Notes under the pieces: generated by a model
The model's database searches: none
What the model was told of the DNA's origin: nothing
What the model saw: the letters and a program-made list of their open reading frames with translations, nothing else
Origin: an uncultured Lachnospiraceae bacterium
Lineage (GTDB): Bacteria; Bacillota; Clostridia; Oscillospirales; CAG-272
Direction: 5' to 3'
Assembly (NCBI GenBank): GCA_964583425.1
Contig: CAZOWH010000001.1
Location: 1 to 29,077, forward strand
DNA length: 29,077 nucleotides
In this document: positions 1 to 6,409 of the stretch, piece by piece
Layout of the letters: each line of letters begins with the position of its first letter
Position numbering within the stretch: the stretch's first letter is position 1
Program-made: the position numbers and the translations under genes

Positions 1-286
1 TGACAATGGGCTTGTTGTAGTATTCCACATCGGAATCGGACTTGTGAAAAACAATGATATCACCGGTTTGGGGCTTATAAAACAGATCTGAAATGATCAG
101 CTTTTCATCGTCCTGCAGCGTGCGGTTCATGGAAGGGCCGTCCACCTCGCAAAGGCGCACGCAAAAGGTCATTACAACAACCACAAAAATCACGGCAAAT
201 ACAAACATTTCCATAAATTCAATAAGATTTGTTGCGAAGCTGCCTTTTTGCGGTGTTTTTTGCTTGGAGCTCAAGCTTTTTTCCAT
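1..286 (-). CDS. lepB: Signal peptidase I, N-terminal part (runs off window start)
   Basis: Manual translation, not in the ORF track: MEKSLSSKQ...EMFVFAVIFVVVVMTFCVRLCEVDGPSMNRTLQDDEKLII...GDIIVF...NKPIV. It has a TM helix, the catalytic G-x-SM-x-x-TL box and the GDIIVF box. RBS AAAGGAGG upstream. Confidence 0.92.
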   Translation of the reverse strand, partial: MEKSLSSKQKTPQKGSFATNLIEFMEMFVFAVIFVVVVMTFCVRLCEVDGPSMNRTLQDDEKLIISDLFYKPQTGDIIVFHKSDSDVEYYNKPIV

Positions 287-302
287 ATTGACCTCCTTTG
301 AA

Positions 303-1517
303 TCATTTTCCTGTCAGGATCTCCATGAGGCGGTAGCCGTTGGCAAGATAATTGTTCTTGGCGGACGCCGTCTCCTCACTAAAGGTATTAACCCCCTCCA
401 AAACAGCATCGGAGGAATAAATGAGGAAGGGAACAGGATCAATGGTGTGGGTGCGCATGCGGATCGGCGTGGGGTGATCGGGCAGTATCATTACCTTAAA
501 CTCCTCGCCGGTGCTACGCAGATAGTCAAGCACGGGGGAAAGGATCTCGGCATCTATACGCTCAACGGAGATCACCTTGTTTTCAAGCTCTGCGCGGTGC
601 CCGCATTCATCGGGACCCTCCACATGCACATAAACCAACTCATAGCCCTCTTGAAACGCATTGATAGCGGCATCTGCCTTACCCTTATAGTTGGTATGTA
701 CATTGCCGGTAGCTCCCTCTACATCGATCGAGCGCATGCCCGCGCAAAGACCGATGCCCTTAATAAGGTCAACGGCAGAGATCACAGCACCACGGAGATT
801 CCATTTCTCACCGAAGGAGGGGAGCTGCGGCTTTTTGCCGGGACTCCAAAACCATGCGGAGTTAGCAGGCTTTAAGCCGCGCGCACGGCGCGCCTCGTTT
901 ACAGGATGGTGATTGAGAACCTCAAAGCTTTCCTTCATGATGCGGTAAAATTCCTCGCCGCCGTCATCCACGCGGGGGAGATATTCACCAATGCGCTTGC
1001 CTAAAATATCGTGCGGACGCATGAAGTTATACTTATCGTTTCCGTTTTTGCGGATCAGGCAATGGCGATAGCTGACGCCCGTGTAAAAATGGCGCTCCTC
1101 ATTACCGAAATGCGCTTGCAGCGCCTTGATCAGCTCATCTGCCTCGGCGGTAGTGATCTCGTCGGCGCTGTGATCAATGATGATCTTATCCTCGTATGCC
1201 TCGCCCTCATCGGAAAGGGTTACCACATTGCAGCGGTATGCCGTTTCGTCGGGCTGCATTTCAATGCCCATGCTGACCGCCTCAAGCGGAGAGCGCCCCT
1301 TGGAATAGATCTTGGGATCATAAGAAAGGATCGCAAGATTGGCGGTATCGCTTTCGGGAACCATGCCTGCGGGTACATTAGAAACAGTACCGACAAGGGA
1401 CACCTTTGCAAGGGCATCCATAGAGGGCTTGTTGGCCTTTGCCATGGGCGTAACGCCGCCAAGCGCCTCAATAGGCTCATCAGCCATACCATCCGGAATT
1501 AAAACAAGATATTTCAT
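303..1517 (-). CDS. apgM: Cofactor-independent phosphoglycerate mutase, ApgM (archaeal-type) family
   Basis: Motifs DGMAD, P-x-SD-x-ANL, GRSPLEA, HVEGPDECGH, PDHPTP and H-x-x-DPVPF. RBS GAGG upstream. Confidence 0.9.
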   Translation of the reverse strand: MKYLVLIPDGMADEPIEALGGVTPMAKANKPSMDALAKVSLVGTVSNVPAGMVPESDTANLAILSYDPKIYSKGRSPLEAVSMGIEMQPDETAYRCNVVTLSDEGEAYEDKIIIDHSADEITTAEADELIKALQAHFGNEERHFYTGVSYRHCLIRKNGNDKYNFMRPHDILGKRIGEYLPRVDDGGEEFYRIMKESFEVLNHHPVNEARRARGLKPANSAWFWSPGKKPQLPSFGEKWNLRGAVISAVDLIKGIGLCAGMRSIDVEGATGNVHTNYKGKADAAINAFQEGYELVYVHVEGPDECGHRAELENKVISVERIDAEILSPVLDYLRSTGEEFKVMILPDHPTPIRMRTHTIDPVPFLIYSSDAVLEGVNTFSEETASAKNNYLANGYRLMEILTGK

Positions 1518-1565
1518 AATTATTACCTCTATTGTGCGCCAACGCGCACTTATTTATAATATATT

Positions 1566-1594
1566 ATTGTATCATAAAAAAGAGGGAAGAGCAA
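1566..1594 (-). promoter_or_regulatory. Putative sigma-A promoter of apgM-lepB
   Basis: TTGCTC-17 bp-TACAAT with extended -10 TG. Confidence 0.55.
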
Positions 1595-1628
1595 CACCAA
1601 AAAAGGAATTTTGGAAAAAAATTAAATA

Positions 1629-1663
1629 AAAACGCACTGCTGCGCTTGCAAACAGTGCGTTTT
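1629..1663 (-). terminator. Intrinsic terminator after the flavodoxin-like gene
   Basis: AAAACGCACTG...CAGTGCGTTTT inverted repeat just past the stop at 1673. Confidence 0.7.
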
Positions 1664-1672
1664 GAATAAAAT

Positions 1673-2098
1673 TTATTGCAAATTGTCAACGATGCGATGG
1701 GTGTAGGCGAGAAGCGCCTCTTTTTCCTCGGGCTTAACCTTGTCAAGGAAGGAAAGGAAGCCGCATTTTACGTAATGTACCTCTTCAGCCACGTTGGTGC
1801 CGGCTTCGCCAAGGATCTGCTTCATTCTGTTGGCAGCAGCCTCATTACCATCGATCACAAGTGCTACATTCTGAGCACGAGCCTTGGTAAGCTCACGGCA
1901 GAACAAGCGGAGCTGATCCTCGGGCTCGCCCTTCAGGGAAAGCATCAGGATCACGATACGCTCGTTGTTGCAGGAGTATGCAGGGGGGATCTTATCCACT
2001 GCATTGATCGCGAGATCGTATTCCTGCTTGATCATATCCGCCATAGTGGCGAGCTTGCCTTTGTTGGATGCGTAAAGCACACGCATTTTGATTGCCAT
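1673..2098 (-). CDS. Flavodoxin-like fold protein (degenerate FMN loop)
   Basis: 141 aa from the ATG at 2098, with GGAGG RBS. N-terminal RVLYASNKGKLATMADMI resembles the flavodoxin beta1/phosphate loop, followed by an alternating beta/alpha pattern. Confidence 0.65.
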   Translation of the reverse strand: MAIKMRVLYASNKGKLATMADMIKQEYDLAINAVDKIPPAYSCNNERIVILMLSLKGEPEDQLRLFCRELTKARAQNVALVIDGNEAAANRMKQILGEAGTNVAEEVHYVKCGFLSFLDKVKPEEKEALLAYTHRIVDNLQ

Positions 2099-2148
2099 AA
2101 TAACCTCCAAAAATCAAAAATATTGATTATAAAATATTGTTTTTATTC

Positions 2149-2177
2149 AGTATAACATACATGAAGAGAAAGCGCAA
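2149..2177 (-). promoter_or_regulatory. Putative sigma-A promoter of the flavodoxin-like gene
   Basis: TTGCGC-17 bp-TATACT with extended -10 TG. Confidence 0.6.
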
Positions 2178-2339
2178 ATAATTTTGAAAACATCCCTCAA
2201 AAATCGTCGATTTCTACAGTTTGTGCATTCGTTTTTTAGTGGAAATAACTTGTCTTTGCTTGTAATTCTTGTGATTTTTCAATATTTTTGTTGAGTCGTC
2301 AACAATCAAAATTGGCTAAAAAGGCAGAACCTTACACAT

Positions 2340-2690
2340 AAAATTATCTTGGCAAGCACTGTCCAAAATTTCATCAATCAAAATTCTCATGGCGGACAGT
2401 AAAAGTGTCAGTGTCACAAAAAATTTCGATTGTCAGCAAACCTATTCTCCGAATACAGAATAAAAATTTTTATTAAAGCCAATAAGAGTCTGTTGCAAAT
2501 AAAAATTTTCATTCACAAAAATTTCAGTCTAAATGAAATAAAAAAAATAGCGTTAAAAATTTTTAACGAAAACGAAGAGAGTACGTCGACATCAAAAATT
2601 TTGATTGAGAAATTTGGGCAAAGAAAAAACACGTTAAAAATTTTCACTTAAAACGATGGAGAGTAGATTTAAACCACGCAGTAAATTTTC
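2340..2690. repeat. Periodic array of AAAA(A)TTT(TT) palindromic boxes within degenerate ~82-93 bp direct repeats
   Basis: A/T junctions at 2343, 2368, 2383, 2423, 2466, 2505, 2521, 2559, 2598, 2612, 2640 and 2685. Perfect palindromes at 2459-2474 (AATAAAAATTTTTATT) and 2551-2568 (CGTTAAAAATTTTTAACG). Direct repeat CGTTAAAAATTTT..AAAACGA..GAGAGTA at 2551-2583 and 2632-2665. Confidence 0.75.
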
Positions 2691-2701
2691 TTTGCAAGCA
2701 T
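2669..2701 (-). CDS. Candidate micropeptide MLAKKIYCVV (10 aa)
   Basis: Perfect SD GAAAGGAGGTG (2718-2708), 6 nt before ATG 2701. TAA at 2671-2669. Confidence 0.4.
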   Translation of the reverse strand: MLAKKIYCVV

Positions 2702-2752
2702 GCGAAACACCTCCTTTCAGTATAAAATGGGACTCTTTGGCCTTATTTGTCC

Positions 2753-2818
2753 ATATTTTTCGCTCCCCTGCTTTATACAAAATTTGCATTTTGTATAATT
2801 TTAGGTGTCTAAAAATAT
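2753..2818. promoter_or_regulatory. 66 bp dyad with 11-4-11 palindromic core (operator-like or RNA hairpin)
   Basis: Core TTATACAAAAT-TTGC-ATTTTGTATAA (2773-2798). Outer arms ATATTTTT (2753-2760) and AAAAATAT (2811-2818) each lie exactly 12 bp from the core. Confidence 0.5.
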
Positions 2819-3046
2819 AGCGGGGTGATTTTCCCCTCTTAATAAAATTTACCTAATTGTGCGTCATTCTTGTAAGATATAGACCTTCCTGCGCATTGCT
2901 ACATTGCTCGTCAACGCTACTTGGCACCTTCTACATAGAATATGCAAATGACATAAAATACTTTTCGCATAAATCTAATTTGACCTTTGGCGCCGGAATT
3001 TCGTTTTGAACAAACAGCTGAAATTGGCGGTGTTTTTCTGCCAAGC

Positions 3047-3069
3047 AAAAAGGGGGACAGCGCCCCCTT
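3047..3069 (-). terminator. Intrinsic terminator of spoIIID
   Basis: On the minus strand AAGGGGG-CGCTGT-CCCCCTT-TTT, overlapping the stop codon. Confidence 0.65.
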
Positions 3070-3355
3070 AATTTTCGTACAATTCCCTTTTCTTTTGCAT
3101 TTCGATTTTATATTTTTGCCGCGTTGCTTCGCCGCCGCGGAGGTGGCGTTCCTCTTTATTTTTTTGTAAAACCTTATATACAGCCAAAAATAATGTAGCA
3201 TTGATGGCGCGCAGATCGGTGGTCACATCCTTATGTACCGTGCTTTTGCTAATGCCAAAATGTGCGGCGGCATCACGCACGGTACAGTCATTTTCTACGA
3301 TATAATTACCAAGCACCTCAGGGCGCGAGTGTTGTAACGGATCAAAATAACGCAT
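3068..3355 (-). CDS. spoIIID: Sporulation transcriptional regulator SpoIIID
   Basis: YIVEN-x-x-TVR-x-AA-x-x-FGISKSTVHKDVT...NK-x-ERHLRGGEATR-x-KY is the SpoIIID signature. Confidence 0.95.
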   Translation of the reverse strand: MRYFDPLQHSRPEVLGNYIVENDCTVRDAAAHFGISKSTVHKDVTTDLRAINATLFLAVYKVLQKNKEERHLRGGEATRQKYKIEMQKKRELYEN

Positions 3356-3372
3356 AATCGGCTCTCTCTTAG

Positions 3373-3401
3373 TTGAAATTTTGCGGGTTTTCTGTTATAC
3401 T
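3373..3401 (+). promoter_or_regulatory. Putative sigma-A promoter of the TrmH-family gene
   Basis: TTGAAA-17 bp-TATACT with extended -10 TG. Confidence 0.65.
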
Positions 3402-3419
3402 GATATTATCGGTTATTCT

Positions 3420-3450
3420 ACACTATGCATTTTCCCATGGCAAAAGAACA
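3420..3450 (-). promoter_or_regulatory. Putative sigma-E promoter of spoIIID
   Basis: -10-like CATAGTGT (3427-3420). The -35 match is weak. spoIIID is sigma-E dependent in Bacillus and Clostridium. Confidence 0.4.
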
Positions 3451-3465
3451 AAGGAGCCATTATTT

Positions 3466-4236
3466 ATGATAAAGGAAGAAATACGCTTTCAGGATTCCAC
3501 CGTAATGGAGGGTATGACCTCTATTTCGGCACTTTTGGCGGCGCGAGCGGCTGGAATCAACGACCGCGAGATTATGGAAATTCGCTATGACAGCGCAAGA
3601 AAGGCAAAAAAAGCACGGGAAATCGGCTTTCTCACGGCAAAATGTGCGGAGCTTGGCATCAAGCTGACCGCTACCACCGCCGAGAACATTGATAAAATGA
3701 GCGTTGGCAACACGCACGGTGGCATTATTGCTGTTTGCGGCGCGCGCACACTTCCCTTGCTCACTGCCGAAAACCTCCCGAAAAGCGGCTTTCTTTGCCT
3801 GCTTGAGGGAATCGAGGATCCTTACAATTTCGGCTATGCTCTGCGCTCTCTTTACGCTGCGGGCTGTGACGGCATTTTACTTGGTGAGCGGAACTGGATG
3901 AGTGCTGCGGGCGTTGTGGCACGCGCCTCTGCGGGCGCCTCCGAGGCATTGCCCATTTTCAGCGGCGGCATTGAGGAAAGCGTAAGGCTTTTAAAATCTC
4001 TTAGCTACCGCGTGGCGTGCGCGGGCATTCGTGATGCCGTTTCACACACCGAGGCAGATCTCAAAAAACCGCTTTTGCTAATCGTGGGCGGCGAGAAGCG
4101 CGGTATTTCCGCAGGGGTTGCCGCGCTTGCCGACACCACCGTGCGCATTGATTACGGTCGCGTGTTCCGCGGTTCTCTTTCCGCCGCTTCTGCCACAACA
4201 GTGCTGGCTTTTGAAATTTTGCGACAAAACACGTAA
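3466..4236 (+). CDS. TrmH/SpoU (SPOUT) family RNA 2'-O-methyltransferase, RlmB-like
   Basis: Motifs THGGIIA, LEGIEDPYNFGYALRS, ARASAGA, VGGEKRGIS and SLSAASA. Start moved to ATG 3466 behind AAGGAG. Confidence 0.88.
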   Translation: MIKEEIRFQDSTVMEGMTSISALLAARAAGINDREIMEIRYDSARKAKKAREIGFLTAKCAELGIKLTATTAENIDKMSVGNTHGGIIAVCGARTLPLLTAENLPKSGFLCLLEGIEDPYNFGYALRSLYAAGCDGILLGERNWMSAAGVVARASAGASEALPIFSGGIEESVRLLKSLSYRVACAGIRDAVSHTEADLKKPLLLIVGGEKRGISAGVAALADTTVRIDYGRVFRGSLSAASATTVLAFEILRQNT

Positions 4237-4315
4237 AAATTGCGCTTTGGGTCGTTTGTTAACGCATCTTGTGACATAAATTATCATTTTTTGCGTTAAA
4301 AATTTGCTTTTACAG

Positions 4316-4344
4316 TTGAAAGTACAATAAAAATTTGCTATAAT
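4316..4344 (+). promoter_or_regulatory. Sigma-A promoter of purA
   Basis: TTGAAA-17 bp-TATAAT with extended -10 TG. Confidence 0.75.
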
Positions 4345-4376
4345 AAAGAATGGTATAAAATTAGGGAGGTGGCATC

Positions 4377-5651
4377 ATGCTTACATCTATTGTTGGTATT
4401 AACTGGGGAGACGAAGGCAAGGGCCGTATGGTCGACCTTCTTTCCGAGGAACAAGACATTGTCGTTCGTTATCAGGGCGGTAACAATGCCGGTCACACCG
4501 TTATCAACGAGCGCGGTAAATTCGTGCTCAACCTTTTGCCCTCCGGTATCCTGCGCCCCGAGGTGGTTTGCGTTATGGGTAACGGTATGGCAATTGATCT
4601 GGAGCATCTTGCAAAGGAGAGCGCAAAGCTGATCGAGGCGGGCGTGGAGATTTCTCCCAAGAACCTCAAAATCAGTGATCGCGCCATTCTCACACTTCCC
4701 TATCATGTTCAGCTTGACTGCCTTGAGGAAGAGCGCCTTGCCGGTGAAAAGTACGGCTCTACCCGCCGCGGCATTGCACCCGTTTACGGCGACAAATATA
4801 TGAAAAAGGCAATTCGCGCAGGCGACCTGCTTGATCTTGACTATCTTTCAAAGCGCCTGAAGGGCGTTGTTGCTTACAAGTCCCTTACCATTGAGGGTGT
4901 ATATAAGGCAGAGCCCCTTTGCTATGACGAGCTGTTTGCTTGGCTCAAGAAATATGCCGAGATGTATAAGGATTATATCGTTGACACGGGCATTTACCTC
5001 ACCGAGGCTGTAAAGGCAGGCAAGCGCATTATGTTTGAGGCACAGCTCGGCGCGCTTCGTGATATTGATTTCGGTATTTACCCCTACACCTCCTCCTCCT
5101 CCACCATTGCCGCTTACGCGCCCATCGGTGCGGGTATTCCCGGTGTAAAGTTGGATAAGGTGTTTGGTGTTATGAAGGCTTACTCCACCTGCGTTGGTGA
5201 GGGTCCCTTCACCGCCGAATGGTTTGGTGAGGAAGCTGAAGAGCTTCGCCGTGCCGGCGGTGAGTACGGTGCAGCTACCGGTCGTCCCCGTCGCGTAGGT
5301 CCCTTTGACGTGGTTGCTTCCCGCTATGGCTGCCGTGTACAGGGTGCTGACGAAATTGCACTCACCAAGACCGATATTCTTTCCTATATGAAGAAAATTC
5401 CGATCTGCGTTGCCTACGATGTAAACGGCAAGCGCGTGACCGAATTCCCCACGGGCGAGGCGCTGAATATTGCAAAGCCCATTATCGAGTATGTTGACGG
5501 CTGGAACTGCGATATCAGCGGCTGCCGCACGATCGAGGATATGCCCAAGGAGCTGATCGCCTACGTAAAGAAGCTTGAGGAGCTTGTTGATTGCAAGATC
5601 AAGTATGTTTCCGTTGGTGCCGAGCGCGAGGCTTACGTGCAGATGTTTTAA
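4377..5651 (+). CDS. purA: Adenylosuccinate synthetase
   Basis: Motifs WGDEGKG, RYQGGNNAGHT, GSTRRGI, EYGAATGRPRRVG and LTK-x-D. RBS GGGAGGT. Confidence 0.98.
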   Translation: MLTSIVGINWGDEGKGRMVDLLSEEQDIVVRYQGGNNAGHTVINERGKFVLNLLPSGILRPEVVCVMGNGMAIDLEHLAKESAKLIEAGVEISPKNLKISDRAILTLPYHVQLDCLEEERLAGEKYGSTRRGIAPVYGDKYMKKAIRAGDLLDLDYLSKRLKGVVAYKSLTIEGVYKAEPLCYDELFAWLKKYAEMYKDYIVDTGIYLTEAVKAGKRIMFEAQLGALRDIDFGIYPYTSSSSTIAAYAPIGAGIPGVKLDKVFGVMKAYSTCVGEGPFTAEWFGEEAEELRRAGGEYGAATGRPRRVGPFDVVASRYGCRVQGADEIALTKTDILSYMKKIPICVAYDVNGKRVTEFPTGEALNIAKPIIEYVDGWNCDISGCRTIEDMPKELIAYVKKLEELVDCKIKYVSVGAEREAYVQMF

Positions 5652-5669
5652 TGAATAGAATAAAATCAT

Positions 5670-5702
5670 CCCCCCCTTGCCGTTTGGCAAGGGGGGGTAT
5701 TT
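5670..5702 (+). terminator. Terminator of purA
   Basis: CCCCCCCTTGCC-GTTT-GGCAAGGGGGGG followed by TATTT. Confidence 0.7.
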
Positions 5703-5748
5703 GTACCTACAAAGAATGCAATATAAAAAACGGATGCTTTGCATCCTA

Positions 5749-5985
5749 CACCTCACCACCTGCTGCGCAGGAGCCTCCCCTCAAGGGGAAGCCTAAAACG
5801 CATACACAGTGCGCGGTGTTTTGCACCCCCGTTGTCATCCTGAGGGTTTCAAGAAAGAAACCCGAATGGATCTCCGAAAACGCAAGAAGCGTTTTCGGCG
5901 GTTTATTTGCGCAAAACTTTTACCGGCATAATGTTACCCGCACCCCCTCCCCTACGGGGTGTAGCCGCCAAGGGTGGCGTTACCT
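5749..5985. repeat. Cluster of GC-rich REP-like palindromic elements
   Basis: 5749-5794 CCTCACCACCTGCTGCGCAGGAGCCTCCCCTCAAGGGGAAGCCT has the same architecture as 7212-7308. Also 5834-5873 GTCATCCTGAGGGTTTC..GAAACCCGAATGGATCT, a hairpin at 5874-5898, and further stems at 5940-5980. Confidence 0.55.
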
Positions 5986-6006
5986 ACAAAGATTTACAAC
6001 CCAAAG

Positions 6007-6035
6007 ACAGCGGCGCACAAATTGTACGCCGCTGT
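6007..6035. terminator. Hairpin, probable terminator of the LRR lipoprotein remnant
   Basis: ACAGCGGCG...CGCCGCTGT, about 40 bp downstream of the stop at 6078. Confidence 0.55.
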
Positions 6036-6077
6036 TCCCTGTTTTGTTTTTATTTTACCGGCATGCGCCAAAACATT

Positions 6078-6263
6078 TTAACCGCGGTTCCAGTAAGAAT
6101 CGTAATAAGTAGATTTCAGATAGGTTGCTGCAGTGGCAGCATTCTCTAAAGCGGAAGCGGAAATTGCCGTGCCACTTGTAGCGTTAACAATAGTGCTGCG
6201 CCACCAGCCTACGGTATTTTCAAAGGTAACAGACGTGAGATTGCTGCAATACCTGAACGCACC
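6078..6263 (-). pseudogene. 3' remnant of a BspA/TpLRR-type leucine-rich-repeat protein (last repeat plus aromatic C-terminal cap)
   Basis: AFRYCSNLTSVTF matches the BspA LRR repeat AF-x-x-C-x-x-L-x-S-[IV], followed by ENTVGWW...YLKSTYYDSYWNRG*. No credible start or RBS. Confidence 0.75.
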
Positions 6264-6409
6264 CGTTAAAGACCTCAACTGAACACCTATTGAAAAGTAA
6301 AGAGAGATTACCTACCTTATTCGGACTTTTAATTTCTCCAAAATTATTGCCTTGCGTTTGTGTCGTTGTATCACAGATAAAAGCGAAAGTAAACGGAAAA
6401 AAATATGGC

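Noticed and set aside
93..875. 260 aa plus-strand ORF, also 1011-1502
   Set aside because: Antisense shadow of apgM/lepB with no RBS or recognisable motifs.
2117..2139. Possible Fur box (AAAATATTG direct repeat) in the flavodoxin-like leader
   Set aside because: Only about 11 of 19 positions match the Fur consensus, in very AT-rich DNA.
2160..3050. oriC, dif, parS or CRISPR interpretation of the AT-rich gap
   Set aside because: No cluster of TTATCCACA DnaA boxes, no dif or parS consensus, no identical 23-47 bp repeats with unique spacers, and no cas, dnaA or xer genes nearby.
2917..3201. 94 aa and 60 aa ORFs overlapping spoIIID
   Set aside because: Alternative frames across a clear gene and its terminator.
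4240..4376. Purine riboswitch upstream of purA
   Set aside because: The promoter is only ~30 bp from the start codon, leaving no room, and no aptamer consensus is present.
4848..5759. 303 aa minus-strand ORF
   Set aside because: Antisense shadow of the highly codon-biased purA.
5591..6149. 173 aa and 80 aa plus-strand ORFs
   Set aside because: They run through a terminator and GC-rich palindromic repeats, with no protein-like features.
6078..6263. DGR template or variable repeat at the LRR C-terminus
   Set aside because: No second copy with adenine-specific mismatches and no reverse transcriptase in the window.
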